Part shown: positions 32,665 to 43,182 of the stretch, in pieces
Numbering within the stretch: the first letter of the stretch is position 1
Layout of the letters: every line of letters starts with the position of its first letter
Assembly: GCA_963803975.1 (NCBI GenBank)
Contig: CAWDOY010000001.1
Span: 1-64,000 of the forward strand
Reading direction: 5' to 3'
Source of the DNA: an uncultured delta proteobacterium
GTDB lineage: Bacteria > Desulfobacterota > WTBG01 > CAIYCZ01
DNA: 64,000 nucleotides
The notes under the pieces: generated by a model
What the model was told of the DNA's origin: nothing
The model's input: only the letters and a program-made list of their open reading frames with translations
Database searches by the model: none
Program-made: the position numbers and the translations under genes

Positions 32665-32735
32665 GATTTCGGGAGCCTTGCATCTGTGCATTTTTGACCA
32701 GCCCGGGAAAAACAACTTTTTCAACAACCTGTCAG
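32665..32735 (+). repeat. Partial (right-half) copy of the MITE-like repeat at 56322
   Basis: GATTTCGGGAGCCTTGCATCTGTGCATTTTTGACCAGCC..ACTTTTTCAACAACCTG aligns with 56409-56478. Confidence 0.75.
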
Positions 32736-32781
32736 TCTCTTAATGTCTGCACTATTTTACACCAGCCAGATTTACCGGTCA

Positions 32782-33186
32782 TTATGAATGCTGATCCTGC
32801 TTTTCCCTAATTATCCTCTGCACATGTTCATAAAAATCCACTACCCTGCGAAGCATTTCGGGGCGGTCAAGGTTCGGCTCGTTGGAGTCGAACAGGTCAT
32901 AGCGCATCTGCACTGCAAAAGGGTTAAGCTCGATAAGGTTTTCGAATTGAAAGACACCGCAGCCTTAATCCTGAAGCATCAGAAACAACTGCTGAAGATC
33001 ATGGGTGCGTCCATAATTCCCCCCGGTAAGGATTATCCATGCCTTCAGGGATTTTTCCACTGCCTGTTGAGCATGAAAGCCGAATATTTCGTCGTCAGCA
33101 GAATCAGGGTCAATAAGCGACCGCAGGGCCTTTATGTCTTTTGCGGCCAGGGTTTGCATCATCACGGCCTGCTCAGGCACGCTCAT
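32782..33186 (-). pseudogene. HEPN-domain protein with in-frame TAA at 32965-32967
   Basis: FHAQQAVEKSLKA, THDL; after the stop the same frame continues ..LNPFAVQMRY..QHS*. Confidence 0.8.
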
Positions 33187-33505
33187 ATAAAACTCTCCCT
33201 TCTTTTAACGCATGGGAAATGACGTGGTTGCCGGCTGTTCGCCACTTTTCGATTTCCTCCGCAGTATACACCAGAAAATCCTTTGCAACCCGGTAGGCAC
33301 CGAGAAGCTTCCAGAGCCGGGTCATTTCAGCGCGGCGGCTTCGCTGGGCATTGAAAGGACCATCCTCAACCACCAGGAAATCGAGGTCTGAGTCGGCGCT
33401 TGCAGCGCCGCGGACATGCGAACCAAAGAGAATGACTTTACGGGGGTTGACCTCTCTGACAATTTTGTCAGTCATTTCCTGAAGTATATCTTCGGTTATA
33501 TGCAT
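33173..33505 (-). CDS. Minimal nucleotidyltransferase (MNT) antitoxin
   Basis: ILFGSHVRG..DSDLDFLVV, EGRVLYE; overlaps HEPN start. Confidence 0.88.
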   Translation of the reverse strand: MHITEDILQEMTDKIVREVNPRKVILFGSHVRGAASADSDLDFLVVEDGPFNAQRSRRAEMTRLWKLLGAYRVAKDFLVYTAEEIEKWRTAGNHVISHALKEGRVLYERA

Positions 33506-33574
33506 TGTGAGTACCTCCGTTATTGTCGCTAAATTCAATTGCTAATAATCAAACGTTACAATAAACACCGGGCC

Positions 33575-33675
33575 TATCTTAAAAAGCGGTTTATCTTCAC
33601 TCATATGCTGATACCCTCACGATAAACATTGCTGATAAAGGCGGATTCCCGAAGGGGACTGTTTTTTAAATTCGC
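33575..33675 (-). pseudogene. Remnant of a third MNT-HEPN junction
   Basis: NSPLRESAFISNVYREGISI* (MNT C-terminus) with ATGA overlap at 33601-33604 into MSEDKPLFK. Confidence 0.5.
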
Positions 33676-33702
33676 CCCTCATGTATGACCGATCATATTT
33701 TG

Positions 33703-34110
33703 CTATTCATCAAGCTTCTTTAGTTCGATTCCTAAAACGCTCTCAAGCTCTTTGATACATATTTCAGCTTTTGCAATCCACTCCGGCACTTTATCATGTT
33801 CAAAGTGAACAAAATCTCCATAATCGCTTTTCTGCCTGAAATCAAACATGACAGAATAGAATTTGCCGGTCTCTACGCTGACCTTGCCGGTTTTGACAAA
33901 GTGCTCATTGAACATTGCCCTTACGCCACTATGCTTTGCAGATGCCAGATCAAAAGCAGCAAGCAGGGCAGACACCTCATAAAACAGGGAATAATAGATA
34001 CGATTCACCGCAGAATATAAACTGTTTTCACGGTAAAGAATTTTTGCATCCTGCAGTGTTTCCTGCGCCCGTTTTCTTCTATAGGTGAGCAACTCATTTT
34101 TCTGGTTCAT
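33703..34110 (-). CDS. HEPN-domain protein (UPF0332-like)
   Basis: AVNRIYYSLF, KHSGV, RQKSDY. Confidence 0.88.
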   Translation of the reverse strand: MNQKNELLTYRRKRAQETLQDAKILYRENSLYSAVNRIYYSLFYEVSALLAAFDLASAKHSGVRAMFNEHFVKTGKVSVETGKFYSVMFDFRQKSDYGDFVHFEHDKVPEWIAKAEICIKELESVLGIELKKLDE

Positions 34111-34433
34111 ACTACAATCCCCTCATTTTTTATGCTTTGATAGATTGGCATGCACATACACTGTGGTGATTTCCAGAAAGCCCTGGAATACACGATAATT
34201 CCAAAAATCACATTGCAGTTGAGCTCAACATCATAGGCAAGATTAAAAATTTCCTCCTCGATAGAATTGGTTACTTCTAAGGGGACAAGAACAAGAATGT
34301 CTATATCAGATAAGGAACCATACTCACCACGAGCTGCTGAACCAAAAAGATGCAGTTCTGTCGCTGTACCAAATTTTATTATCAATCTTTTTTTCAGCTC
34401 AAGAATGGCTTCTTGTATCTTTTTACTTTCCAT
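34107..34433 (-). CDS. Minimal nucleotidyltransferase (MNT) antitoxin
   Basis: LFGSAARG..SDIDILV, IKNEGIVV; ATGA overlap with HEPN. Confidence 0.88.
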   Translation of the reverse strand: MESKKIQEAILELKKRLIIKFGTATELHLFGSAARGEYGSLSDIDILVLVPLEVTNSIEEEIFNLAYDVELNCNVIFGIIVYSRAFWKSPQCMCMPIYQSIKNEGIVV

Positions 34434-34625
34434 ATGCGCGCTTTCCATTTGATTGTCAAAGATTGCGGAAGGTTGTTTTAAACAAGGAATATGCGTGATG
34501 AGTATATGATTAAAACATTGGTGTGTCAAAGAAAAAGCAAGAAATATGAATTAGTTTGGGCTGCTGCAGGGAGCCTTTTAGCTTGCTAAAGAAAGAGGCC
34601 TGTGGTAAAAATTTTAACCTTAAAT

Positions 34626-34685
34626 CCCTCACTCCCGTATCAAGTACGGGACAGGCTTGATCCGCTCCCGAAAGGGGAGAGGAGA
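34626..34685. repeat. REP-like palindromic element in the leuS leader
   Basis: TCCCGTA-TCAAG-TACGGGA hairpin nested inside CCCTCAC...CTCCCGAAAGGGGAGAGG. Confidence 0.45.
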
Positions 34686-34733
34686 TTTAATTTTTATAGC
34701 TGGGTCTCATATAGTTAAAGGATTTTACAGGAT

Positions 34734-37313
34734 ATGGACAAGGTATATGCTGCGCACGGGATAGAAGAAAAGTGGCAGCAGTTCTGGGAACAGAATAAGA
34801 TATTCAAGGTCATCGAAGACGCGCAGAAGAAAAAGTATTATCTCCTGGAGATGTTTCCCTATCCTTCGGGCCGCATCCATATGGGCCACGTGCGCAACTA
34901 CACCATCGGTGACGTGGTGGCGCGCTTCATGATGATGCGGGGCTATAATGTCCTGCACCCCATGGGCTGGGACGCCTTCGGCATGCCGGCGGAAAACGCG
35001 GCCATCCAGAGCAACACCCACCCGCACGAGTGGACCTACAAAAACATTGACACCATGCGCGGCCAGCTGAAGCGCATGGGCTTCAGCTATGACTGGGACC
35101 GGGAGCTTGCGACCTGCGACCTCAGCTACTACAAGTGGGAGCAGTGGCTGTTCCTGAAGATGCTTGAGCGGGACCTGGTGTATCGCAAAAAATCTTTTGT
35201 GAACTGGTGCGAGTCATGCCAGACGGTGCTCGCCAACGAGCAGGTGGAAAACGGCTCGTGCTGGCGCTGCAAGAACGAGGTCACCCAGAAGGAGCTTTCC
35301 CAGTGGTTTTTTCGCATCACCAAATATGCTGATGAGCTGCTCGCATCGCTTGACACGCTTACCGGCTGGCCGGAGCGCGTGGTCACCATGCAGCGCAACT
35401 GGATCGGCAGAAGCTATGGCACGGAGATAGCCTTTGCGCTGGAAAATTCATCCGAGAAGATAACCGTTTTTACCACCCGGCCTGATACCCTGTACGGCGC
35501 AACGTTCATGAGCCTCGCGCCGGAGAACCCTTTGGCGCTCAAGCTTGCGGAAGGCACGCCCCAGCACGAAAGCGTGCAGTCATTCATCGAGCGGATTTTG
35601 AAGCAGGACAAGACCGTGCGCACAGCCGAAGACCTGGAGAAGGAGGGCGTGTTCACCGGCGCCTACTGCATCAACCCGGTGAGCGGTTTCAGGATGCCCG
35701 TCTATGTGGCGAATTTTGTTCTCATGGAATACGGCACTGGCGCGGTCATGGCAGTGCCGACCCATGACCAGCGGGATTTTGAATTTGCTAAAAAATACGG
35801 CCTTGATCTAATCGTTGTCATCCAGCCCGAGGGCGAGACGCTTGACCCGAAGACCATGACCCAGGCCTATGTGGAAGAGGGCATCATGGTCAACTCGCAG
35901 CAGTTCAACGGCACAAAAAATACCGCGGCCATGGAAAAGATTACCGCGCATCTTGAACAAAAGGGCCTCGGCAAAAAAGCGGTGAACTACCGCTTGAAGG
36001 ACTGGGGCATTTCCCGGCAGCGCTACTGGGGAAATCCCATCCCCGTTATCTACTGTGACTCTTGCGGCATCGTGCCGGTGCCGGAAAAGGACCTGCCGGT
36101 GGTGCTGCCCAAAGATGTGGCATTTACCGGCATTGGGCAGTCGCCGCTGGCAAGATCCCCCGGCTTTGTGAATACGGAGTGCCCGCGCTGCGCAAAGCCC
36201 GCCCGGAGGGAGACCGACACCATGGACACCTTCGTGGAATCATCCTGGTATTTTGAGCGCTATGCCTGCCCTGATTATGATACGGGGCCGCTTGATGCGG
36301 CAAAGGTACAATACTGGATGCCGGTTGACCAGTATATCGGCGGCATTGAGCATGCGGTGCTGCATCTTCTCTACGCGCGGTTTTTTACCAAGGTGCTGCG
36401 CGACCTGGGGCTGGTCCAGGTGGATGAGCCGTTTGTGAACCTCCTCACCCAGGGCATGGTGTGCAAGGAGACGCAGCGCTGCGGGACGCATGGCTGGCTC
36501 TACCCCGAAGACGCGGAGAACGGCGTCTGCAAACAGTGCGGCAGTCCCGTGCAAATGGGAAGAATAGAGAAGATGTCCAAATCAACCAGGAACGTGATTG
36601 ACCCGGAGCAGCTCATAGAGAAATACGGAGCTGACACGGCGCGCCTCTTCTGTTTGTTTGCCGCGCCGCCGGAAAGGGATCTGGAGTGGAGCGACCAGGG
36701 GGTTGAGGGCGCGTACCGCTTCCTGTCCCGGGTGTGGCGGCTGGTGGCGGAATACCGGGAGGAGCTGGCAACGGCAAACCCCGTTGTTTCAGGTGACGTA
36801 ACAGAAGCGGCGATACGGGAGCTGCGGAGGAAAACCCACCAGACGATTAAAAAAGTTACTGAAGACATCGCCGAGCGGTTTCATTTTAATACTGCGATCA
36901 GCGCGGTGATGGAGCTGGTAAACCAACTCTACCAGTTTGACCCGCGACAGATACAGAACCCGCAGGCATGGTCAGCCCTGCGGGAGGCAGTAGAAGCCGT
37001 GATACTGCTGCTTGCTCCCATGGTGCCGCACCTCTGCGAAGAGCTGTGGCGCGAGCTGGGCGGAAGCGGCAGCATTATCCAGAAGCCGTGGCCCTCCTTT
37101 GACCCGGTAATCGCAGAGGCCGAGGAAGCGGTGATTGTTATTCAGGTCAATGGCAAGCTGCGGGGGCAGCTCACTGTCAGCGCCAGGGCTTCAGCGGAAG
37201 AGATTCAAGAGCAGGCCATGGCCTGCGAAAAAGTTCAGCCGTGGATTTCCGGCAAACAGATAAAAAAGATAATCACCGTGCCGGGCAAACTTATAAATAT
37301 AGTGGTCATATAA
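34734..37313 (+). CDS. leuS: Leucine--tRNA ligase
   Basis: MFPYPSG.IHMGH (HIGH), [26 protein letters not shown]. Confidence 0.98.
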   Translation: MDKVYAAHGIEEKWQQFWEQNKIFKVIEDAQKKKYYLLEMFPYPSGRIHMGHVRNYTIGDVVARFMMMRGYNVLHPMGWDAFGMPAENAAIQSNTHPHEWTYKNIDTMRGQLKRMGFSYDWDRELATCDLSYYKWEQWLFLKMLERDLVYRKKSFVNWCESCQTVLANEQVENGSCWRCKNEVTQKELSQWFFRITKYADELLASLDTLTGWPERVVTMQRNWIGRSYGTEIAFALENSSEKITVFTTRPDTLYGATFMSLAPENPLALKLAEGTPQHESVQSFIERILKQDKTVRTAEDLEKEGVFTGAYCINPVSGFRMPVYVANFVLMEYGTGAVMAVPTHDQRDFEFAKKYGLDLIVVIQPEGETLDPKTMTQAYVEEGIMVNSQQFNGTKNTAAMEKITAHLEQKGLGKKAVNYRLKDWGISRQRYWGNPIPVIYCDSCGIVPVPEKDLPVVLPKDVAFTGIGQSPLARSPGFVNTECPRCAKPARRETDTMDTFVESSWYFERYACPDYDTGPLDAAKVQYWMPVDQYIGGIEHAVLHLLYARFFTKVLRDLGLVQVDEPFVNLLTQGMVCKETQRCGTHGWLYPEDAENGVCKQCGSPVQMGRIEKMSKSTRNVIDPEQLIEKYGADTARLFCLFAAPPERDLEWSDQGVEGAYRFLSRVWRLVAEYREELATANPVVSGDVTEAAIRELRRKTHQTIKKVTEDIAERFHFNTAISAVMELVNQLYQFDPRQIQNPQAWSALREAVEAVILLLAPMVPHLCEELWRELGGSGSIIQKPWPSFDPVIAEAEEAVIVIQVNGKLRGQLTVSARASAEEIQEQAMACEKVQPWISGKQIKKIITVPGKLINIVVI

Positions 37314-37315
37314 AG

Positions 37316-37840
37316 ATGAAAACAAGACAGCTCTTTTTAAAATGCACGATTGTTATGATACTGCTTGCAGCAGCAGGCTGCGGCTACCGGCTGGCGGGCA
37401 GAGATAATCCCCTGCTTGGCGGCATCAACACTATTGCCATTCCCTATTTTAAAAATGAGACCTTTGAGGCGGGTGCCGAGTCAGCATTTACCCGGGCTTT
37501 TGCCGATCAATTTATTCAGAGCAAACGGCTTCAGGTGGTGAGCGTTGACAGGGCGGATGTGATTCTCCGGGGGACCATAAAGACTATCCGGGAAGAGATT
37601 ATCTCCTATAACAAGAATGACAAGGCCATGGAGTACCGGGTGTACGTGACCCTTGATCTGGCTTTGGAAAAGCGGGATACGGGAGAAGTTCTGTGGAAAC
37701 GCAAGCGGCTCAGGCATAACGAGGAATACCAGGTGAGCAATGATATTATGGTTACTGAGACCGGTAAAAACGTGGCCCTGGAGAAAGTGGCAAAAGACCT
37801 GGCCAAGCGGGTAGAGGAAAGTATTATACAGGGATTTTAA
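37316..37840 (+). CDS. lptE: LPS-assembly lipoprotein LptE family
   Basis: Lipobox AAGC-GYRL; leuS-lptE-holA synteny. Confidence 0.85.
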   Translation: MKTRQLFLKCTIVMILLAAAGCGYRLAGRDNPLLGGINTIAIPYFKNETFEAGAESAFTRAFADQFIQSKRLQVVSVDRADVILRGTIKTIREEIISYNKNDKAMEYRVYVTLDLALEKRDTGEVLWKRKRLRHNEEYQVSNDIMVTETGKNVALEKVAKDLAKRVEESIIQGF

Positions 37841-37872
37841 CCGCGCTGGATGCATTACGTAAAGAGTGGGCT

Positions 37873-38907
37873 ATGGCTATAACACAGGATGCTCTGAAAA
37901 AGCAGATCGCTGCGGGGAAATTTGCTCCCCTGTACTGTTTTTACGGGCAGAATATACTGCGCATCGAAGAAACCGTCAGCTCCCTGCAGGCGGCTCTGTG
38001 CCCCTCCGGCTGTTCGGAATTTGACTGTAACAGCTTTGATGCAGAACTGCACACCCCTGCTGAGATACTGAACGCAGCGCAGACGCTGCCCCTGCAGGCG
38101 GCAATGCGCCTGGTAGTAGTGAAACGGGCCGATGTTTTTAAAGCAGCGCAGTGGGAAGTATTTCACCGGTATCTGGGGAAACCCGCAAAGCGTACCTGCC
38201 TTGTTTTTATTATCAATGCGGAGAAGCTCAGCTTCAGCGGCAAGCTTCAGGCGCTCTTTGATACAGCGGGTGTCATGGTCAGCTTTGAAGCCCGGAAGAA
38301 AGACGCGCTCGATCAGGCAATCAGAGAGTACCTCGCCCGGTGCGGAAAAAAAATATCTCCGGATGCACTGCAGCTCATTATCGACACCCTGGGCGCTGAA
38401 TCTGCAATGCTCTACCAGGAGCTTGAGAAGCTGGCGCTTTACTGCGGGGACCGGGCGGGCATTCGGCGGGATGATGCGGCTGCCGTATTATCAGGAGCTG
38501 AGCAGCACAATGTCTTTCAGCTGGTGGAAGCAATCGGCATGGGTGATACCCGGGCCTCCCTGCAGCGGTTAACTGCGCTGATGGAAAGCGGGATGGAGCC
38601 CCTGCCCATCCTGGGCATGATTTCCCGTCAGTTCCGGCTGCTGGCAGTGGTGCGGGACGCGCTGGAGCAGGGCGGAAAGACCGCTGAAGTTATGACGATG
38701 CTTAAAGAATTTGATAAAAAAGTAAGCAGAGGGAGGGGCAATTTTTATCCGCCCGCGGTTGAGCGTCTCATGAGGCAGGCACGAACATGGTCCCGGAGAA
38801 AAATTTCCCGGGCATTTGAAAAGCTTGCATTCACCGACGCTCTTCTTAAATCGAGCCGGATTGATAAAAAGCTTATTTTAGAGCATCTTATCCTGCAGCT
38901 TGCATAA
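37873..38907 (+). CDS. holA: DNA polymerase III subunit delta
   Basis: PLYCFYG, AQTLP, ELEKLALY, FQLVEAI; synteny. Confidence 0.92.
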   Translation: MAITQDALKKQIAAGKFAPLYCFYGQNILRIEETVSSLQAALCPSGCSEFDCNSFDAELHTPAEILNAAQTLPLQAAMRLVVVKRADVFKAAQWEVFHRYLGKPAKRTCLVFIINAEKLSFSGKLQALFDTAGVMVSFEARKKDALDQAIREYLARCGKKISPDALQLIIDTLGAESAMLYQELEKLALYCGDRAGIRRDDAAAVLSGAEQHNVFQLVEAIGMGDTRASLQRLTALMESGMEPLPILGMISRQFRLLAVVRDALEQGGKTAEVMTMLKEFDKKVSRGRGNFYPPAVERLMRQARTWSRRKISRAFEKLAFTDALLKSSRIDKKLILEHLILQLA

Positions 38908-38926
38908 CCGGGCGAGGCTCTCCCGG

Positions 38927-39190
38927 TCAGGCCAGGGAGTTTGCCCGTTTGGTGAGCCGGGAAATTTTTCGTGAAGCGGTCTTTTTGTGAATGACGCCTT
39001 TAGCAGCTGTTCTGGCAATAGTAGCTGTGGTTGCCCGCAAAGCTTTCTGCGTTGCCGGCTTGTCTTTGCTCTCTACTGCATCAGAGAGGGTTTTCATGCT
39101 GGTCTTCATTTGTGAGCGAACGATGCGGTTGCGCAGCCGCCGCTTCTGATTTTGCCGGTGTCTTTTAAGTGCTGATTCGTGTGTTGCCAA
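38927..39190 (-). CDS. rpsT: 30S ribosomal protein S20 (TTG start)
   Basis: SALKRHRQ..RRLRN, KGVIHKKTASRKISRL. Confidence 0.97.
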   Translation of the reverse strand: MATHESALKRHRQNQKRRLRNRIVRSQMKTSMKTLSDAVESKDKPATQKALRATTATIARTAAKGVIHKKTASRKISRLTKRANSLA

Positions 39191-39226
39191 TGGTGTCTCC
39201 TTTTGGTAAAAATTTCATAGGGCGCC

Positions 39227-39255
39227 ATACTAACTATTTTTGCCTGTATTGTCAA
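39227..39255 (-). promoter_or_regulatory. Sigma-70 promoter of rpsT
   Basis: Minus strand TTGACA-N17-TAGTAT. Confidence 0.6.
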
Positions 39256-39263
39256 GCGTTTAT

Positions 39264-39797
39264 ATGGAAATCTCCTACACCTGTTTTGAAACACCGTGGG
39301 GATGGTGCGGGCTGGTCAGGGGCAGTGCCGGGCTGCTGAGAATCTTTCTTCCTGAACCTGACCGGGCACTGCTTGAGGATAAGATCCGTACCGGGTATCC
39401 CCTGTTTTCCGAAGACGCTCCCGCAGAGCTTGCGCAGGAACGGGAAGCCCTGCAGAGCTATTTTTCCGGAGGCAACCCCGCTTTTTCATTCCCGCTTGAT
39501 TTCGCGGGAGCAACGCCTTTTCAGAAAGCGGTATGGAAGGCGGTGCGGAAAATTCCCTATGGCCAGGTGAGAACCTACCAGTGGGTCTCAAAACAGATAA
39601 AAAATCTTCACTCAATGAGAGCAGCAGGCAATGCCCTGGGCCGGAATCCGTTCCCGATAGTGATCCCTTGTCACCGGGTCATACGGGAAGATGGCCTTTT
39701 GGGGGGATTTTCAGCTCCTATGGGACTGCAGATGAAGGCAGCGCTTCTGGAGCTTGAGGGCATTACGCTGGAACCGTATCAGTTGAAGTTTGCATGA
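39264..39797 (+). CDS. ogt: Methylated-DNA--protein-cysteine methyltransferase
   Basis: TPFQ..VW..IPYG, NPFPIVIPCHRVI active site. Confidence 0.9.
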   Translation: MEISYTCFETPWGWCGLVRGSAGLLRIFLPEPDRALLEDKIRTGYPLFSEDAPAELAQEREALQSYFSGGNPAFSFPLDFAGATPFQKAVWKAVRKIPYGQVRTYQWVSKQIKNLHSMRAAGNALGRNPFPIVIPCHRVIREDGLLGGFSAPMGLQMKAALLELEGITLEPYQLKFA

Positions 39798-39827
39798 CCA
39801 GCTCACAGAGTAAACAGGGAGCGTTGA

Positions 39828-41171
39828 ATGTCAGACCACGTGATCGAATGGAATGCGGTAGAAAAGGAAGCAGTAGAGCTTTTGAGCCGCTACATTCAAA
39901 TAAATACCATAAACCCGCCCGGCAATGAAATTGAGGGAGCACGGTTTCTTCAAAAGGTTTTAGCCACAGAGGGTATTCCCTGCGAGGTGTTTGAATCTGA
40001 CCAGGGCCGCGGCAGTCTTATAACGCAATTTTCCGGCTCAGGCAGCATCCCGGAGATTATCCTGCTGCATCATATTGACGTGGTTCCGGTAGAAGAGGAT
40101 AAATGGGAGCATCCGCCGCTATCGGGGGTTGTGCTCAATGGTGAAATCTGGGGGCGGGGGGCGCTTGACTGCAAGTCCCTGGGCATCATGCAGCTTATGG
40201 CCTTTGTTCTGCTGAAGCGGCAGGGCTTCTCCCCGGAACAGCGCATCGTCCTTGCAGCAACAGCCGACGAAGAGGCAGGCAGCGTTAAAGGCGCGGAATG
40301 GCTGATGCAGCACGTTCCCGAAAAGCTAAACGCTCGCTGGGTGATAAACGAAGGCGGGGGGCTGGGACTCAAGACCGGGCAGAGCAACCTGCATTTCTGC
40401 CAGGTTGCGGAAAAGGGCGTGTGCTGGGTGCGCATTACCTTTCAGGGAAAGCCGGGCCATGGCTCGCTGCCCCATGACCGCAACTGCGTGGTGGAAATGG
40501 CGAAAGCCATTGAAGCGCTGGCAGAGCATCGCTCGCCTTTTATCGTTACCGAGCCGGCAGAACAATTTATCTCCGGCATTGCCCGCGAACAGGGATACAT
40601 GCCTGCCGCAGAGTTCATGAAGCTGCTTGACCCGGCCCAGGCAGAAGCCGTGCTTGCTGCCATTCCCGAGCCGGTCCTGCAGCTGGTCCTCAATGCCTGC
40701 CTGCGCAATACCTTTACGCCGACGGTGACCAAAGCCGGCAGCAAAACCAATGTCATCCCGGGTGAATGCTTCTGTGAAATAGATTGCCGGATGCTGCCCG
40801 GCACAACACCCGAAGATATGGTCATGACCATTGAGCAGGTGCTCCGGGCAAAAGGATGCAGGAACTTTTCTATAGAGATTCTGCACTCCTCAATTCCCAC
40901 TGCATCAGCAACCAGCACGCCGCTCTACCGCCTGTTTGAAAGCACGCTGAAAAAGCATGACCCTAAAGCGCAGTTAATCCCTTACATGTCTTCAGGCGCC
41001 ACTGATTCGCGATTTTTCCGGGAGCGGGGTATCGTGGCCTACGGCATGCAGATGGAGTCATCGTTGACGTCCATGGAGCGCATGCACGGCCATAATGAGC
41101 GCATTGCCATAGAGAACCTGCTGCTGGGGATACAGGTGCTCTATGATACGCTGCAGGAGTTCTGCAAATAG
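39828..41171 (+). CDS. M20/M25/M40 family metallopeptidase (DapE/ArgE-like)
   Basis: HIDVVP, WGRGALDCK, ADEEAG, NEGG, HGS, ATDSRF, HGHNERI. Confidence 0.9.
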   Translation: MSDHVIEWNAVEKEAVELLSRYIQINTINPPGNEIEGARFLQKVLATEGIPCEVFESDQGRGSLITQFSGSGSIPEIILLHHIDVVPVEEDKWEHPPLSGVVLNGEIWGRGALDCKSLGIMQLMAFVLLKRQGFSPEQRIVLAATADEEAGSVKGAEWLMQHVPEKLNARWVINEGGGLGLKTGQSNLHFCQVAEKGVCWVRITFQGKPGHGSLPHDRNCVVEMAKAIEALAEHRSPFIVTEPAEQFISGIAREQGYMPAAEFMKLLDPAQAEAVLAAIPEPVLQLVLNACLRNTFTPTVTKAGSKTNVIPGECFCEIDCRMLPGTTPEDMVMTIEQVLRAKGCRNFSIEILHSSIPTASATSTPLYRLFESTLKKHDPKAQLIPYMSSGATDSRFFRERGIVAYGMQMESSLTSMERMHGHNERIAIENLLLGIQVLYDTLQEFCK

Positions 41172-41292
41172 CCACGGGCCTTTTTTCAATTGACTTATGC
41201 GGTGTTTGTTTTAAAAATAAATGCAGTGGAGCGGGAAAGAAACCTTTCTCTGCGTCCTCTGCGGTTTCATTACCTTTCGTTAAGGGGGTTAT

Positions 41293-42093
41293 ATGATTGG
41301 AAAACAGATTCGGTTAGAGCGTATCATTAATAGAAATTCGAGAAAGTCAGTGATTATCCCCATGGATCACGGGGTGACCATAGGCCCGGTGCCCGGTCTC
41401 ATTGACATGAAGAAGACCGTTGACGCCATTGCCGAAGGCGGCGCCAACGCCATCGTGATGCACAAGGGCCTGGTTGCCAACGGCCACCGCGGAAGCGGTA
41501 AAGACGTGGGTCTCATCATCCATCTGTCCGCCAGCACCAAGCTGGCACCGGACCCTAACGCGAAAATGCTCGTGTGCACGGTGGAGGAAGCAGTGCGGTT
41601 CGGCGCTGACGCGGTCTCCATTCATATCAACATCGGCGCTGATGATGAGAAAGACATGCTGCGGGATTTTGGCTATGTGTCGCGTGAAGCGCAATCCTGG
41701 GGCATGCCGCTGCTGGCCATGATGTATACCCGGGGCAAGAAGATAAAAAATGAATATGATGTGAGCGTGGTTAAGCACGCGGCGCGGGTCGGAGCCGAGC
41801 TGGGGGCGGATATTGTCAAAGTTCCCTACACCGGGTCTCCGGCAACGTTCCGCGAGGTTGTCGAGGGCAGTTTTGTGCCGGTGGTTATAGCAGGCGGAGA
41901 AAAGATGGAAACCGATGAAGATATTCTGAACATGGTCAAAGGCTCTCTTGATGCCGGGGGAGCGGGAGTTTCCATCGGCCGCAACGCCTTTCAGCACCAC
42001 GCGCCGGAGCGGATCGTAAAGGCAATAAGCCTCCTGGTGCATGAAGACAGCTCAATAAAAGAGGCTCTTAAACTGTTGAAGGAAAAAAGATGA
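41293..42093 (+). CDS. 2-amino-3,7-dideoxy-D-threo-hept-6-ulosonate synthase (AroA'-type, DhnA-class aldolase)
   Basis: [30 protein letters not shown]; adjacent to DHQ synthase II. Confidence 0.88.
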   Translation: MIGKQIRLERIINRNSRKSVIIPMDHGVTIGPVPGLIDMKKTVDAIAEGGANAIVMHKGLVANGHRGSGKDVGLIIHLSASTKLAPDPNAKMLVCTVEEAVRFGADAVSIHINIGADDEKDMLRDFGYVSREAQSWGMPLLAMMYTRGKKIKNEYDVSVVKHAARVGAELGADIVKVPYTGSPATFREVVEGSFVPVVIAGGEKMETDEDILNMVKGSLDAGGAGVSIGRNAFQHHAPERIVKAISLLVHEDSSIKEALKLLKEKR

Positions 42094-43082
42094 AACAAAT
42101 CTGGGTCAAAGTTGATCCCTGGGATAAGGACATTGCCATTGCCGCCCTTGAGAGCGGTGCCGAGGCCCTGGTGCTGCCGCCGGGCCACAGCGCTGAGGCA
42201 AAAAAGTTCGGCGTCATCCGCACCATAGCAGCAGATGGCGATCTGAAGCCGGGGACGGATGTTTTCATGGTTGATATAGCCTCAAAAGAAGATGAGCAGC
42301 GGATAGCGCGGCTTGCCCCGGACAAGCCGGTGATGGTAACAACGCGGGACTGGACCATCATTCCCCTGGAGAATCTTATCGCCCAGCGGCAGAATATTTT
42401 TCTTGAGGTGGCAACGCTTGCCGATGCCCGGACCGCACTGGCAATTCTGGAACGGGGAGTTGACGGCATTGTTATCAACAACCGGGATGAGGCTGAGCTG
42501 CGAAAGATTATCGCGGCGCTCAAGGAAGAAGGGGAACAGCTGTGTCTGGCGGAAGCAGCAATCACCCGGGTGCTGCCGCTTACCATGGGGGACCGGGTAT
42601 GCATTGATACCTGCTCGTCAATGGGCCTTGGAGAGGGAATGCTCATTGGCAACAGCAGCAGCGGCATGTTTCTGGTGCACGCGGAGTCAATTGAAAACCC
42701 GTACGTGGCGCCGCGGCCGTTCCGGGTGAATGCCGGGCCCGTGCACGCCTATGTCAGGGTTCCAGGCGGCACGACGCGCTATCTCTCAGAACTGAAAGCC
42801 GGGGACCCGGTGCTCATTGTAACCAGCGAGGGAAAGACCGAACAGGCAGTGGTGGGGCGGGTTAAAATAGAGAAGCGGCCCCTGGTGTTCATCGAAGCAG
42901 CTGTAAAGGACAGGATTTTTTCCGCAATCCTGCAGAATGCCGAGACCGTGCGTCTTACCGCGCCCGGCGGCACCCCGGTATCTGTTGTTGAACTCAGCCG
43001 GGGAACTAAAGTCCTGGTGCTGGTGGAAGCGGCCGGCCGGCATTTCGGCATGAAGGTGGAAGAATCAATAGAAGAAAAGTAG
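42090..43082 (+). CDS. 3-dehydroquinate synthase II (AroB'-type)
   Basis: [51 protein letters not shown]. Confidence 0.92.
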   Translation: MKQIWVKVDPWDKDIAIAALESGAEALVLPPGHSAEAKKFGVIRTIAADGDLKPGTDVFMVDIASKEDEQRIARLAPDKPVMVTTRDWTIIPLENLIAQRQNIFLEVATLADARTALAILERGVDGIVINNRDEAELRKIIAALKEEGEQLCLAEAAITRVLPLTMGDRVCIDTCSSMGLGEGMLIGNSSSGMFLVHAESIENPYVAPRPFRVNAGPVHAYVRVPGGTTRYLSELKAGDPVLIVTSEGKTEQAVVGRVKIEKRPLVFIEAAVKDRIFSAILQNAETVRLTAPGGTPVSVVELSRGTKVLVLVEAAGRHFGMKVEESIEEK

Positions 43083-43110
43083 CGCATTTCCCGCAAGCAC
43101 GCACCTTCAG

Positions 43111-43131
43111 GGCCCGTTCAATGAACGGGCC
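43111..43131. repeat. Palindrome, terminator- or REP-like
   Basis: GGCCCGTTCA-A-TGAACGGGCC. Confidence 0.55.
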
Positions 43132-43182
43132 GTATGAGATATAAATAATAACCTTCCAACGCATAATTATTCCTTTTATATC

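Noticed and set aside
32480..32683. 67-aa minus-strand ORF upstream of ettA
   Set aside because: Starts inside the repeat fragment and has no recognisable family; probably decayed sequence
32965..32967. Recoding (Sec/Pyl) of the in-frame stops in the HEPN gene and at 46123-46125
   Set aside because: Both are TAA, not TGA or TAG
34560..34733. T-box riboswitch upstream of leuS
   Set aside because: No T-box consensus or specifier stem seen; the leader is short and occupied by REP-like hairpins
41347..42667. 231-aa and 199-aa minus-strand ORFs
   Set aside because: Antisense to the well-supported aroA'/aroB' genes
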